Origin: Candidatus Latescibacterota bacterium
Lineage (GTDB): Bacteria > Latescibacterota > UBA2968
DNA: 64,000 nt
NCBI GenBank assembly: GCA_965208125.1
Contig: OZ242320.1
Location: forward strand, 2,752,001-2,816,000
Reading direction: 5' to 3'
Below are positions 1 to 11,088 of this stretch, one piece after another. The first letter of the stretch is position 1; each line of letters opens with the position of its first letter. The notes beneath the pieces were generated by a model. It ran no database searches, was not told where the DNA came from, and saw nothing but the letters and a program-made list of their open reading frames with translations. Both the position numbers and the translations under genes were made by a program.

Positions 1-1816
1 GACCTACCGATATTTGTTCCAAAACGGAGATCAGGCCGCCAATATGATCGGCATGTGGATGAGACCCAACTACGACATCTATATGATCAATACTCTGACT
101 TTTGAGAAATGGCAGAATCACGCGCTCTCCCATGTCGGTGTATTGCGTGCGAACACCACCATCGACCAGAAGTGTTTGCCCATTCGGATATTTAAAAAAA
201 ATTGCATCGCCCTGGCCGACATCGAGGAAATAGATTTCAAGGGCTGACTCTGTTTGCCAGATATTTTGCCAAATTCCGATATTTGTCAGAACAAGGGCGA
301 TTATGAGACAATAAGTACCCCAAAGCCGTCTGGCGGTGGGGTGAATCAGAGGAATCAGGACCAGGTAAATAGCAAAGATAATCCAGGAGGGACGCGCAAC
401 TTCAAAGGCGGACCACTCTGGCTCGGCCATAAATTCTGTACATTTGATTGCCGTGCTCAGAATGAGCCAATTCGCGGCGTTTAATATCGTCGCCAGAGGT
501 TCCCAACAGGCGAAGGCCAATACAGTCAGGAGTCCCAGCCCAACGCCAACGCCTATGAGAGGTACGACAATTAAATTTGCAATTAAGCCAATGACCGATA
601 CCAGCCCAAAATATGCCACAATAAAGGGTAGGGTCGTTGCCTGAGCAGCGAGAGAAACCGCCAGCGGTCCTGCGATAAAGGTATCGTACCATCCCTTTTT
701 TTGGGGTAACAGATCGCGCAAGGGCCGATAAAAAATCAAAATGCCGCCCGTGGCTACAAATGACAGTTGAAAACCCACGTCGAATAAATCCTGAGGTCGA
801 GCGATTAACAGTCCCAAACCCGCTATGCCCAGGATGTTTCTTCCATCTATATCGCGTTGTCCCACTATGCCCAAAAGTGCCACACAGCCCATTGTCGAAG
901 CGCGCACAACCGAGGGGGGTAATCCGGTTATCAGCGCGTAAAATACCAGCGCGCAGATCGTCAATGCGGCAGTGATACCTCGCCCGATTCCCAGTATCTT
1001 TAGCGAGAAAAATACAGCTCCAGCAATCAATCCTACGTGAAGTCCAGATACCGCTAAGACGTGATTGACGCCGGTTTGCGTAAATGCGGTTTTGACTTCT
1101 TCAGGCACAGCGTGCTTTGCGCCCAAAAGCACTCCTTTTAAGAGGCCAGCAGGTCCTCCGGAAAGATTCTGATCAATTGCCTGGCGAATGAGATTTCTGA
1201 CGGGTAATACGATCTGCGCCCACCAGTCGTCTTTTTCCCGTCGCTGTTCAATAATCTGAGCGCGCTTATGCACTGTGCCCAGAGCATCAATGCCTCTTCG
1301 CTTCAGGAATTCCCGGTAATCAAATGCGCCCGGATTTCGCGGAAAACCCGGTTGATAGAGCTGCATCTGCAATTGCATTCGATCCCCGTAGGTGGGCAAT
1401 GCTGTACCCGCCTTAAATCTTATCAGCGCCCTGCCGCTTACAGCGCGTGCCGTGTCTTTGAAGACGATTTGAAACACGTCAAAGACGGTGCGATAATCGC
1501 CATCGATGCGTTCGGGGTCTGATGAGACCAATCCTTCGACTTCGACAAGTGTGCGATCTGTGGGTAAAAACTGGACAAAGTGATCTGCAGCGCGTTCCAA
1601 GCTCTGCGCGCTTCTCAATGCACCCAGCAAAATGAGAAGGCCCGCAAAAAGGATGCTCATTTTTCCCTTATTCCATTGCCACCACAGCCCTACACCACAA
1701 ATACAAATAAGGGTAAAGGCGCAGAGTATGGTGGGTACTGGAAACACCCCAATATACCTGTGTAAACCGATGCCCAAAGCAAAGTACAGCGCAGTCCACA
1801 ATGCGGGTCGTCTCAT
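1..1816 (-). CDS. comEC: DNA internalization competence protein ComEC/Rec2 (3' end runs off window)
   Basis: Absent from the ORF track because no stop lies in the window. Manual translation from ATG 1816 gives MRRPALWTALYFALGIG, GVNHVLAVSGLHVG (Competence domain), FLDVGQGDAIFF..LLVDGG and SHPHADHIGG (metallo-beta-lactamase domain, in frame with the start). Confidence 0.95.
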   Translation of the reverse strand, partial: MRRPALWTALYFALGIGLHRYIGVFPVPTILCAFTLICICGVGLWWQWNKGKMSILFAGLLILLGALRSAQSLERAADHFVQFLPTDRTLVEVEGLVSSDPERIDGDYRTVFDVFQIVFKDTARAVSGRALIRFKAGTALPTYGDRMQLQMQLYQPGFPRNPGAFDYREFLKRRGIDALGTVHKRAQIIEQRREKDDWWAQIVLPVRNLIRQAIDQNLSGGPAGLLKGVLLGAKHAVPEEVKTAFTQTGVNHVLAVSGLHVGLIAGAVFFSLKILGIGRGITAALTICALVFYALITGLPPSVVRASTMGCVALLGIVGQRDIDGRNILGIAGLGLLIARPQDLFDVGFQLSFVATGGILIFYRPLRDLLPQKKGWYDTFIAGPLAVSLAAQATTLPFIVAYFGLVSVIGLIANLIVVPLIGVGVGLGLLTVLAFACWEPLATILNAANWLILSTAIKCTEFMAEPEWSAFEVARPSWIIFAIYLVLIPLIHPTARRLWGTYCLIIALVLTNIGIWQNIWQTESALEIYFLDVGQGDAIFFKYPNGQTLLVDGGVRTQYTDMGERVILPFLKSQSIDHIDVVVGSHPHADHIGGLISVLEQISVG

Positions 1817-1939
1817 GTTTTTTCCTTTTTCGATCCCGTATTATGGCAATTTTCGTGCCATCTCTCATGGCGTGCTCATTTCCGCTATTTGAGGAAAAAA
1901 CTGTTCACATGACGAAAAAAAATGTTCCCCTTTTCGTCA

Positions 1940-1968
1940 TTGACTTTCCCCATGTGAGATGGTATATT
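1940..1968 (+). promoter_or_regulatory. sigma70-type promoter for the truA operon
   Basis: TTGACT-N17-TATATT with TG extension, in the comEC/truA divergent intergenic region. Confidence 0.6.
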
Positions 1969-2035
1969 TCCAAAACTGTATGCTTTAGTGGAAGTTAGGA
2001 TTGTTCTCTCTTTGCGTTTGGTGCGGGCCGTTATC

Positions 2036-2776
2036 ATGCAGATTCGCCTGACGCTCGAATACGATGGGACCGACTTTAAAGGCTGGCAAATTCAGCCCGA
2101 CCAACGCACGGTCCAGGGCGAGCTTCAGGCACGCCTTGAGCAGCTCTATGGCGCACCGGTCCCGGTTATGGCGTCTGGTCGCACAGATGCAGGCGTTCAC
2201 GCACTCGGGCAGGTCGTCAATTTTACGCCTGCACGCGATATTCCGCTCGATCGCTTGCAGCACGCGCTCAATGGCATGCTGCCACCCGATGTTGCGGTCA
2301 AAAATGCCGATTATGTCGGCCCTGACTTTCACGCGCGTTTCGATGCCCAACGCCGTCATTATTTTTATTGCATCCGGCATAACAAGCAGCCTATTGGTCG
2401 GCATTATGCGTGGTATATGCGCGGCGAACTCAATCTCAATGTAATAAAACGGGCGAGCCAAATTCTCATTGGCCAACACGACTTTACGTCCTTTTGTGTG
2501 GCGGCCAACGAAAAAGAAAATCGAGTCTGTCAGGTCTATACTTGCGATTGGCAACGACAGGGCGATGAACTCATATTTTATATTTCCGGTAATCGCTTTT
2601 TGCGCGCAATGGTGCGCAGCATCGTTGGCACCCTCGTAGAAATGGGTCGAGGGGCGCGACCAGCCGAATCTATGCGCGATATTCTCGGTGCTCGCAACCG
2701 CCAAAGTGCCGGAGAATCCGCTCCTGCCCAGGGTTTGTTTCTCGAAAGGGTGATTTACGACGATGAACTCCCGTGA
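2036..2776 (+). CDS. truA: tRNA pseudouridine(38-40) synthase TruA
   Basis: YDGTDFKGWQIQP, SGRTDAGVHA catalytic motif, GNRFLRAMVR, APAQGLFL; start placed at ATG 2036. Confidence 0.97.
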   Translation: MQIRLTLEYDGTDFKGWQIQPDQRTVQGELQARLEQLYGAPVPVMASGRTDAGVHALGQVVNFTPARDIPLDRLQHALNGMLPPDVAVKNADYVGPDFHARFDAQRRHYFYCIRHNKQPIGRHYAWYMRGELNLNVIKRASQILIGQHDFTSFCVAANEKENRVCQVYTCDWQRQGDELIFYISGNRFLRAMVRSIVGTLVEMGRGARPAESMRDILGARNRQSAGESAPAQGLFLERVIYDDELP

Positions 2777-3894
2777 GGATGAGTGCCGTGAAGCACCCCC
2801 TACTGATTTTGCTATTGGGCCTGTGCATTGGCCTGGCGCTATTTCCCCTGCTCAATCGGTCTTCGTCCAACACGAGCGCGGTAAGTACAAGTATTGAGAC
2901 TTCGCGCCGAAATGCCATTGTTCGAGCGGTTGAAAATGTGGCGCCAGCAGTCGTTAGCATCAATACGGTTTACGATCGGGATTATCCCCGATATCCCGAT
3001 AGCTTTTTTGAACCCTTTGAACCCTTTTCCAACAGGCAGCGCATTCCCGGAATTGGCTCGGGGTTCGTGATACAGACCGATGGTTATATCCTGACCAGCA
3101 GCCATGTTGTCGATGGTGCGCAGGAAATTTTTATAATCTTTCCCGACGGTCGTCGCTTTGATGTTCTCGATGTTTTTATAGATCGTCAATGGGATCTTGC
3201 CGTTGTGCAGATCGATGCCGATAGTCTCTATGTCCCCGAGATTGGGACATCTGAAAGCGTTATTATTGGCGAATGGGCAATCGCGCTTGGAAATCCTTTT
3301 GGCTTGCACTTTGAAGATCTCAATCCCACCGTTACGGTTGGTGTTATTAGTGCAGTAGATCGCATTGTTCGCCCAGAGCAAAACGAGCGCGCCTACAAAG
3401 GCATGATTCAAACAGACGCTTCAATTAACCCCGGCAACAGCGGTGGTCCTTTGGTGAACAGCCTCGGCCGGGTTATTGGCGTTAATTCGTTTATTTTTTC
3501 ACAGGGTGGATCGCTGGGCATCGGTTTTGCAGTGCCCATTGATCGCGCAATCCAGGTGGCCTGTCAGCTCATTGATCAGGGTAGCCGCGAGTTCTGGACT
3601 GGGCTGGACATTCACAACCTCAACTCGCATATTGCCAGCACCCTTGGGGTTCGGACACTTAAAGGTGCTTTGATCACCGTCGTCGATCCCCTCAGCCCGG
3701 GTGAAAGCGCCGGGTTGCTGCTCGGTGATGTGATTGTGATGGTCAACGACAAAAACACCAGTAGTGCTGATGACGTCTTAGATGCTTTTCGGTACGCGGC
3801 TGTTGGCGATACATTTAATCTCAAAATTTTGCGTGGTCGAGGCCACTTCTTTGATACCCAACTCGTCTTAGAAGCCGACCCGCGCAACGAGTAA
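2773..3894 (+). CDS. HtrA/DegP-family trypsin-like serine protease with one PDZ domain
   Basis: N-terminal TM anchor, GSGFVI, TSSHVV, IQTDASINPGNSGGPL, C-terminal PDZ. Confidence 0.93.
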   Translation: MRMSAVKHPLLILLLGLCIGLALFPLLNRSSSNTSAVSTSIETSRRNAIVRAVENVAPAVVSINTVYDRDYPRYPDSFFEPFEPFSNRQRIPGIGSGFVIQTDGYILTSSHVVDGAQEIFIIFPDGRRFDVLDVFIDRQWDLAVVQIDADSLYVPEIGTSESVIIGEWAIALGNPFGLHFEDLNPTVTVGVISAVDRIVRPEQNERAYKGMIQTDASINPGNSGGPLVNSLGRVIGVNSFIFSQGGSLGIGFAVPIDRAIQVACQLIDQGSREFWTGLDIHNLNSHIASTLGVRTLKGALITVVDPLSPGESAGLLLGDVIVMVNDKNTSSADDVLDAFRYAAVGDTFNLKILRGRGHFFDTQLVLEADPRNE

Positions 3895-3909
3895 TCCCCG
3901 ATTGGAGCC

Positions 3910-4656
3910 TTGTCAATGAATGCCAAAGCAGCTCTGCCCAGCCTCTTTACCATTAGCAGTTTGTTTTGTGGTTTTTTATCTATGTACTACGCTGTGAATG
4001 GGAATTTTATCGGTGCAGCACTTCTCATCGTTATTGCGGGGTTTCTCGATGCATGCGACGGAAAAATTGCGCGATATTTCCATACGTCCAGCAACTTTGG
4101 CGTCCAATTTGATTCTATTGTCGATGTCTGCTCTTTTGGCGTGGCTCCGGCTTTGCTCATGTTGTACTATCTCAAGCCGTACTATCTCAATGTCTTGCCG
4201 GCCATTCCCTGGTTGCATTTTGTCGTTTGTTTTTTATTTTTGCTTTGCGGTGCGCTGAGGTTGGCGCGTTTCAATACACAATTAAAGGGATTTGACAAAG
4301 AAAATTTTTCTGGACTCCCGATTCCAACGGCAGCGGGTACCCTGGCCGCATATATTCTTTTTACAGAACGTGTGTGGCAGAGCAGCACCCACGCGCCTCA
4401 TTTTGCCATCGCCTTGTGTGTTATGCTCTCATTTCTCATGATCAGTACAATTGAATACAGTGCGTTTTCGAGGTTATCTATAGAAACCAGACGTGGTCGC
4501 ATACGCTTGATTTTTCTACTATGTATTATTGTGCTTATGTTTTTTTATACTTATGAAGTATTCTTTCCCGTGGCACTCGCCATTTCCCTATCTGGCCTGT
4601 TCAGATGGTTGTATTGTACCATCACAGATCGTGAAGTGGCAGATGTACGGGACTAA
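3910..4656 (+). CDS. pssA: CDP-diacylglycerol--serine O-phosphatidyltransferase
   Basis: LPSLFT, DACDGKIAR..SNFGVQFDSIVDVCSFGVAPA, ALRLARFN, FSGLPIP motifs. Confidence 0.92.
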   Translation: MSMNAKAALPSLFTISSLFCGFLSMYYAVNGNFIGAALLIVIAGFLDACDGKIARYFHTSSNFGVQFDSIVDVCSFGVAPALLMLYYLKPYYLNVLPAIPWLHFVVCFLFLLCGALRLARFNTQLKGFDKENFSGLPIPTAAGTLAAYILFTERVWQSSTHAPHFAIALCVMLSFLMISTIEYSAFSRLSIETRRGRIRLIFLLCIIVLMFFYTYEVFFPVALAISLSGLFRWLYCTITDREVADVRD

Positions 4657-4679
4657 AAATTCACCTTTTTTTACAAAGC

Positions 4680-4964
4680 GTGGTTATGGGTCGAAGAAGT
4701 CTGGGGATTCTCATTGTTGCGATTTTTGTCGGCATTCTTGCCGGCAACGTGGTTGGTCAGGTTCTGGCTGTTATTTTTACCAGTCTTGGCCTGGAAAATA
4801 ATGTAGCACAAAAAGTACTTGTTGAATCTTATGTCTATAAGCTCAATCCCATTGAGATCAACTTGATCATTATGACTTTTACATTGGGTTTTTCGCTCAG
4901 CTTCAATGTGTTGAGCTTTCTCGGTATTGGGATAGCCTGGTACTACGTCAAGTATTCTTATTGA
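4680..4964 (+). CDS. small membrane protein, DUF4321-like
   Basis: 94 aa, hydrophobic, with the 'INLIIMTFTLGFSLSFNVLSFLGI' pattern typical of DUF4321. Confidence 0.65.
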   Translation: MVMGRRSLGILIVAIFVGILAGNVVGQVLAVIFTSLGLENNVAQKVLVESYVYKLNPIEINLIIMTFTLGFSLSFNVLSFLGIGIAWYYVKYSY

Positions 4965-4984
4965 GTTATTTCAGGAGGTGTGAC

Positions 4985-5230
4985 ATGTTCGGCATGGGAC
5001 CGTGGGAAATCGTATTGATTTTGGTTGTTGTCCTGCTGGTGTTTGGTGCAAAACGCATTCCCGAAATTGCCCAATCTCTCGGCAAGGGCATTACCGAATT
5101 TAAGCGCGGTGTAAAGGACGTTCAGACGGAAATAGAAAATAACGTCAATACTGCTCCGCCTCCCGAACCACAACCCACACAGACCACACAGACCACACAG
5201 ACCACATCGGGTACAGAAACAAAATCGTAA
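4985..5230 (+). CDS. tatA: Twin-arginine translocase TatA/TatE subunit
   Basis: MFGMGPWEIVLILVVVLLVFGAKRIPEIAQSLGKGITEFKRG; SD AGGAGGT before ATG 4985. Confidence 0.95.
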   Translation: MFGMGPWEIVLILVVVLLVFGAKRIPEIAQSLGKGITEFKRGVKDVQTEIENNVNTAPPPEPQPTQTTQTTQTTSGTETKS

Positions 5231-5242
5231 TCTGGAGGCAGG

Positions 5243-6700
5243 GTGGCTGACGATTCTGTTTTTTCCGCCCAAACAGCGCGGGGGCTTGTACACAGTATTC
5301 GCAGGGGAACGCACACAGCCCGCGAAATAACGGAAGAGATCCTCGCGCACATCCACAATACAAATCCCGATATCAATGCCTTCATCACCATTGATGAAGA
5401 AGGTGCACTCAAAGCCGCAGATGCTGTCGATCAAAAGGCCTCGGAGGGTCAGGTCCTCGGCCCTCTCGCAGGCGTCCCGATTGCCCTGAAAGATGTGTTG
5501 TGTACCAAAGGTCTGCGCACGACCTGCGCTTCAAGAATTCTCGACAATTTTATCCCACCTTATGATGCAACCGTTGTTTCCCGTCTGCGTCAGGCCGATG
5601 CAATCATCCTGGGCAAACTCAATATGGATGAGTTTGCCATGGGCTCTTCCAGCGAAAATTCCCATTTTGATGCGGTCAAAAATCCACGCGATCAGACCCG
5701 CGTAACAGGCGGATCCAGCGGTGGCTCTGCTGCTGCCATTGCTGCTGGTCAGGCTCTTATGACTCTGGGGTCTGACACTGGGGGATCTATTCGTTTGCCC
5801 GCTTCTTTCTGCGGTGTGGTGGGGCTTAAACCCACTTATGGTCGCGTTTCTCGTTATGGCTTGATCGCTTATGCTTCTTCGCTCGACCAGATTGGTCCAT
5901 TTTCGCGTACTGTCGAAGATGCGGCCACTCTGCTCGGCGTCATTGCCGGGCACGATCCCCGCGATTCTACCTCTGCCCATGTACCCGTGCCCGATTACCT
6001 TTTGGCCTGTCAAAGAGGTGTTGATGGCCTTACCATTGGCTTGCCGACAGAATTTTTCGGAGAGGGTCTGCAAGCCGATGTTCGCGATGCCGTTATGCAA
6101 GGGGTTGAAATTTTGCAAAAAAATGGCGCGTCTATTCGCGAAGTTTCGCTGCCTACTGCCGGACATCCCGCTTTTGCTATTGCCGCATATTATATTGTCG
6201 CTACGGCTGAGGCATCGTCAAATCTGTCGCGTTATGATGGGGTGAAATACGGCTTCCGCGATGAGGCAGAAAACCTGATTGATATGTATGTTCAAACGCG
6301 TAGCAAGGGTTTTGGCGCAGAGGTCAAGCGTCGCATTATGCTGGGTACTTATGCGCTGAGTGCAGGGTATTACGATGCGTATTACCGCAAGGCGCAACAG
6401 GTGCGTACGCTTATTCGTCGGGATTTTGAGCGCGCGTTTGAATCCTGCGATCTCCTCGCGTCGCCCGTATCGCCTACTCCGGCATTTAAGCTGGGTGAAA
6501 AACTCGACGATCCGCTTCAGATGTATCTTTCCGATATTTATACTGTTTCCGTGAATCTCGCGGGTATTCCCGGTATTTCGGTGCCTTGTGGCATATCGAC
6601 CGAAGGCTTGCCCGTAGGCTTGCAGTTGCTCGGCAATACTTTTGCCGAAGAAACCATTTTGAGCGCGTCTGCGGTTGTTGAAAGAGAATTGGCGTCATGA
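5243..6700 (+). CDS. gatA: Asp-tRNA(Asn)/Glu-tRNA(Gln) amidotransferase subunit A
   Basis: Amidase signature [48 protein letters not shown]. Confidence 0.98.
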   Translation: MADDSVFSAQTARGLVHSIRRGTHTAREITEEILAHIHNTNPDINAFITIDEEGALKAADAVDQKASEGQVLGPLAGVPIALKDVLCTKGLRTTCASRILDNFIPPYDATVVSRLRQADAIILGKLNMDEFAMGSSSENSHFDAVKNPRDQTRVTGGSSGGSAAAIAAGQALMTLGSDTGGSIRLPASFCGVVGLKPTYGRVSRYGLIAYASSLDQIGPFSRTVEDAATLLGVIAGHDPRDSTSAHVPVPDYLLACQRGVDGLTIGLPTEFFGEGLQADVRDAVMQGVEILQKNGASIREVSLPTAGHPAFAIAAYYIVATAEASSNLSRYDGVKYGFRDEAENLIDMYVQTRSKGFGAEVKRRIMLGTYALSAGYYDAYYRKAQQVRTLIRRDFERAFESCDLLASPVSPTPAFKLGEKLDDPLQMYLSDIYTVSVNLAGIPGISVPCGISTEGLPVGLQLLGNTFAEETILSASAVVERELAS

Positions 6701-8151
6701 AGAATTACGAGTCTGTCATCGGCCTGGAAGTACACGCCCAACTTGCGACTACTACTAAAATTTTTTGTGAATGTAGTGCCGAATTTGGGGGGGATCCCAA
6801 TACCCATGTTTGTCCGGTGTGTTTGGGCTTGCCTGGCGCGCTTCCCGTGTTGAATCAAAATGTGGTTGAACTGGCGATGCGCATTGCGCTGGCCGCGGGT
6901 TGTACTATTCAACCACGCAGCCGTTTTTTGCGGAAGAATTATTTTTATCCCGATCTGCCCAAGGGGTATCAGATCTCGCAGTTTCAATCGAATGAAGAAA
7001 TGCCTCTGGCTACTGGTGGAGGTGTTGATGTGCCCACGGCTGACGGTGGTAGAAAGACAATTTGCCTTACGCGTATCCACATGGAAGAAGATGCTGGCAA
7101 GAGCATCCACCAGGAGGCTTTTGTGGCTGCAGGGGAGTCTCTCGTGGATGTCAATCGCTGTGGCGTGCCGCTTATCGAGATTGTGAGTGAGCCGGATCTT
7201 TCGACGCCGGAGGAAGTTTTTTACTATCTGACGAGTTTGCATCAGTTGCTGGTGTACACGGGGGTGTCCGAAGGCGATATGGAAAAAGGACATATGCGGA
7301 TTGATGCCAATGTGTCGATTCGGCCCGTTGGGGAAACACGACTTGGTACGAAGGTTGAGATCAAAAATGTCAATTCTTTTCGCAATTGCCAGCGCGCTAT
7401 TGAGTCCGAGATTCAGCGGCAGATTGATTTGCTTGAAACGGGTGGTGAAATTGAGCAGGCGACGATGCTCTATGATCCCGATCGCAATATTTTACGGGCT
7501 ATGCGTACAAAAGAGGAGTCGGACGATTATCGCTATTTTCCCGATCCGGATCTGGTTCCCCTTGTCGTAGATGATGCCTGGGTCGAGCGCGTTCAGAGCC
7601 AGATTCCAGAGCTGCCAGAGGCAAAACGCGCGCGGTTTGCAGAGGTTTACGATATTTCCGGCGATCAGATCGATGTGATCACTGCAGATCGAGATATTGC
7701 GGATTATTTTGAAGCCGCGGTTGCGGTGGGTGTGCAGAGCAGGCTTGCAGCCAATTGGATACAGGGCGATGTGATGCGCGTTCTCAATGATCGGAAGATC
7801 GCGATTGGCGATTTGCGCGTTTCAGCCGAATATCTCGCAGAATTGATTGGTTTGATTGATAAGGGTGATATTAGCACCAGTATCGCCAGGACGGTTTTTG
7901 ACGATATGGTGGAGACAGGTGATAGTCCTGCGGCTATTGTGGAGAAAAAGGGGCTTGTGCAGATTAGCGATGCGGGTGAACTCGATGGTGTGATCGATCA
8001 GATTATTGCGGATAATCCCGAGGAGGTTGAGCGGTTCAAAGGCGGGGACCAAAAGCTTATGGGTTTCTTTATGGGGCAGCTTATGAGAGCTACAAAGGGC
8101 CAGGCCAATCCCCAAAAAGCCAGTCAGTTGTTGCGGGAGAAATTGGGGTGA
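6697..8151 (+). CDS. gatB: Asp-tRNA(Asn)/Glu-tRNA(Gln) amidotransferase subunit B
   Basis: [43 protein letters not shown]. Confidence 0.98.
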   Translation: MKNYESVIGLEVHAQLATTTKIFCECSAEFGGDPNTHVCPVCLGLPGALPVLNQNVVELAMRIALAAGCTIQPRSRFLRKNYFYPDLPKGYQISQFQSNEEMPLATGGGVDVPTADGGRKTICLTRIHMEEDAGKSIHQEAFVAAGESLVDVNRCGVPLIEIVSEPDLSTPEEVFYYLTSLHQLLVYTGVSEGDMEKGHMRIDANVSIRPVGETRLGTKVEIKNVNSFRNCQRAIESEIQRQIDLLETGGEIEQATMLYDPDRNILRAMRTKEESDDYRYFPDPDLVPLVVDDAWVERVQSQIPELPEAKRARFAEVYDISGDQIDVITADRDIADYFEAAVAVGVQSRLAANWIQGDVMRVLNDRKIAIGDLRVSAEYLAELIGLIDKGDISTSIARTVFDDMVETGDSPAAIVEKKGLVQISDAGELDGVIDQIIADNPEEVERFKGGDQKLMGFFMGQLMRATKGQANPQKASQLLREKLG

Positions 8152-8172
8152 TGTAAATCGAACATCATCTCC

Positions 8173-9693
8173 TTAAGCCATTACTGGCGCACTCCGTCCC
8201 TCGCGCTCATATTTTTCCAACAAAGCCGTCAGTTCTGCTATCACTTCAGGATGTTCTTCATACACATTCGTGGTTTCTTCTTTGTCTGTTTCCATATCGT
8301 AGAGCTGTCCCTCAGTTTCAACTGTGCGGTCAGTCTGAGTCCCTCCCGACTCCTGTCCCAACACCAGCTTCCACTTGCCCTTCCTGATTGCGAACATCCC
8401 CTGACCTGAGTGATGGACCGTCGCCTCTCGAATCGGTTTTTCAATTTCTTCGCCCAATATCAATGGTAGTACATTATAGCTGTCCTCTCCTGCATCTTCA
8501 GGCAAATTCTCGCCCAACAGCGCCGCCACAGTCGCCAGCATATCCGTCATGCAAATCGTCTCATCACAAACTGTTCCCGCCGTCACTTGACCTGGCCAGC
8601 GTACCAAAAAAGGCACGCGGTGTCCGCCTTCATATATATCCGTTTTGTAACCAAAAAACTGCCCATTGCACCGATGGCTATACGTCAACTGTTTGCTTCC
8701 GCGCACATTGTGAATCCCTTCATCGATTCTATCCAACAATTGTTGTGAAGGCCAAATCTGACCATACCCATTGTCCGCCAATTTCTGTAACGCTTGCTCG
8801 GGATCGCCTGCAAGCCCGCCGTTATCACTTGAAAAGATCACCAGCGTGTTATCGAGCGCGCCGTGTTTTTCCAGTTCTCCCAACAAACGTCCGACAATAT
8901 CATCTAATTCTGCAACCTTATCACCTCTCAATCCCGCCTGACTTTTTCCGATCCACTTATGGGATGGCAAACACGGACGGTGGATCGCCGACGATGGAAA
9001 ATACAAAAAGAAAGGATCATTCTGCCGCTCTTCAAAATGCGTATTCAGCCACGCTTTTGCTTTGCTAAACAAGACCTGATCAATTTTCTCCGACGTATAA
9101 TCCGGCGACATCAATCCCACAGGCGATTCGGTATCATACACTGGCCACTTCCGCTCATCCGGTTCCAAAACTGCGCGATCATTTTCAATAAAACAATACG
9201 GCAACATATTGTTTGACGCGTTCAATCCAAAAAAATAATCAAACCCGTGATCCAGTGGGCTTCCTTTTAATGGTTTGGTAAAATCAATCGCGTCAATCTG
9301 ATGCGGTGTCCAGACCTCCGGATCAAACGTCTCGCCATCTTTTGCCTGCCACCCCAAACCCAGATGCCATTTGCCAACCGCTGCGGTCGCATATCCATGC
9401 GATTTTAAAAGCGACGCCAGTGTCATTCGTCCTTCGTCTATCAGGGGTTTCGAAAAGTGTGGCAACACGATCCTCTTTAACCAGGTGCGCCACGCATATC
9501 TTCCCGTCATCAATCCGTATCGCGTAGGCGAACACATCGCCGAGTTGGTATGTGCATCAGTAAACCGCATCCCTTCCGCTGCTATCCGATCCAGATTTGG
9601 TGTTGGAATCTTCGACCCGGGATTATTTGCTCGTACATCACCAAACCCGAGGTCATCTGCCAGAATAAAAACGATATTGGGTTTACTCATCAT
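8173..9693 (-). CDS. Arylsulfatase (Cys-type formylglycine sulfatase)
   Basis: PNIVFILADDLG, CSPTRYGLMTGR, GKWHLG, SSDNG, YEGGHRVP; no signal peptide. Confidence 0.93.
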   Translation of the reverse strand: MMSKPNIVFILADDLGFGDVRANNPGSKIPTPNLDRIAAEGMRFTDAHTNSAMCSPTRYGLMTGRYAWRTWLKRIVLPHFSKPLIDEGRMTLASLLKSHGYATAAVGKWHLGLGWQAKDGETFDPEVWTPHQIDAIDFTKPLKGSPLDHGFDYFFGLNASNNMLPYCFIENDRAVLEPDERKWPVYDTESPVGLMSPDYTSEKIDQVLFSKAKAWLNTHFEERQNDPFFLYFPSSAIHRPCLPSHKWIGKSQAGLRGDKVAELDDIVGRLLGELEKHGALDNTLVIFSSDNGGLAGDPEQALQKLADNGYGQIWPSQQLLDRIDEGIHNVRGSKQLTYSHRCNGQFFGYKTDIYEGGHRVPFLVRWPGQVTAGTVCDETICMTDMLATVAALLGENLPEDAGEDSYNVLPLILGEEIEKPIREATVHHSGQGMFAIRKGKWKLVLGQESGGTQTDRTVETEGQLYDMETDKEETTNVYEEHPEVIAELTALLEKYEREGRSAPVMA

Positions 9694-9704
9694 GATCTCC
9701 TTTC

Positions 9705-11063
9705 TCAGCCGCGCAACCAGGCACCTTCTGTGAATCTCTCGTCTAACCGATGGCTAAGTTTTTTTGCGATATCTGAGTTTTCATTAGCAATATTGTTCAG
9801 TTCATCTGGATCGTTTTCCAGGTCGTAAAGCTCATTGATATCGTTTTGGTTTTCGATCAGTTTGTGTGTTTTCGTGCGGATCAACCTGAAACGACCAATT
9901 TGGCTGACCGATTCTGTGCGGTGATCATCCGTCTCGCCTCTCAAGACGGGTCCCAGTGACTGCGCGTCGATATTTTCCTGTGGTGACAACCCGGCCCATT
10001 CGCAGATTGTCGCGTTGGTATCGATCAGTTCTACTGGTTCTGCCGATACTCTGCCCCCTTCAATGCCAGGTCCAGCCACGATAAGCGGCACGCGCAACGA
10101 AGCTTCATAGGGCATACTCTTGCCATAAAGTCCGTGGTCGCCGAGCATTTCACCGTGATCGCTGGTAAAAATAATGTACGTGTTGTCCATCATTCCGCGC
10201 TTTTCAACCGCGTCTAATATTTCGCCAATTTGAGCGTCAATGAGTTCGATGTACGCACAATATTGTCGTCGCGTCTCCAGGATCTCAGCCCCGGTTAGAC
10301 CTTTTCTGCTATTTTCAACATTTCTGGGTTTACCTTTGCTCGTTGCTGGGATCGGAGCTGGCATTTCGGCATTGCGATATCGTTCGGCATATTCGGTCGG
10401 GGGATCAAATGGGCTGTGTGGTCCCACAAAACTCACGAATAAATGCCAGGGGAAATCGTCTGGTATGTCTTCAATCCACTGCACAGATCGCTGTCCGATG
10501 TACGTATCTGCAAATGCTTCGGTCGGCAGTACCGAATCGTGACTTGTTCTGGGGCCACTTCGCGCTGAATAATCATCGACAAATGCATCGAGTAACCCTT
10601 TTTCTTTTAAAAAATGATTATAAGGTCCCTGGGGAATTCTGCCTCTGCCCGCATGGCTTTTGCCTTCAACTTCAACGGGATGCGTAAACCCCCACATATA
10701 CGTAGCTGGCCTATCTCCGTCGCGTCCATTGTACCCATCGGGTTTTGCCAGATCCAGTTTGCCCACGCATCCCACGTAGTAATTGTGATCGCGTAGCCGT
10801 TGGTAATACGTTGTGGCTGTGCGTGGCAGAAAATTGTTGTTACCAAGCGCTCCCAGGCGAACGGGTTGCAGGCCCGATGCTACCGCAATGCGAGATGGCG
10901 CGCAAACCGGGCAATTTGTCGTGCATTGTGTAAACTGAACACCGCACTCGGCCAGCCGATCCAGATTGGGCGTTTTGACAAAATCAGCGCCCATCGATCC
11001 CAGATAATCCCATCGGTGCTGATCGTCCATGATGTAAAGAATATTTGGTCGATTCTGAGACAT
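9705..11063 (-). CDS. Sulfatase-like hydrolase (choline-sulfatase-like clade)
   Basis: PNILYIMDDQHR, CAPSR, PHSPF, TSDHGEMLGDHG, ELYDLENDPDE. Confidence 0.92.
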   Translation of the reverse strand: MSQNRPNILYIMDDQHRWDYLGSMGADFVKTPNLDRLAECGVQFTQCTTNCPVCAPSRIAVASGLQPVRLGALGNNNFLPRTATTYYQRLRDHNYYVGCVGKLDLAKPDGYNGRDGDRPATYMWGFTHPVEVEGKSHAGRGRIPQGPYNHFLKEKGLLDAFVDDYSARSGPRTSHDSVLPTEAFADTYIGQRSVQWIEDIPDDFPWHLFVSFVGPHSPFDPPTEYAERYRNAEMPAPIPATSKGKPRNVENSRKGLTGAEILETRRQYCAYIELIDAQIGEILDAVEKRGMMDNTYIIFTSDHGEMLGDHGLYGKSMPYEASLRVPLIVAGPGIEGGRVSAEPVELIDTNATICEWAGLSPQENIDAQSLGPVLRGETDDHRTESVSQIGRFRLIRTKTHKLIENQNDINELYDLENDPDELNNIANENSDIAKKLSHRLDERFTEGAWLRG

Positions 11064-11088
11064 AGGTTCTCCATTCTTTGATGTGTTT

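Noticed and set aside
14-1998. Numerous short ORFs in the track over the first 2 kb
   Set aside because: They are explained by the single minus-strand comEC frame, which the track missed because it has no stop in the window.
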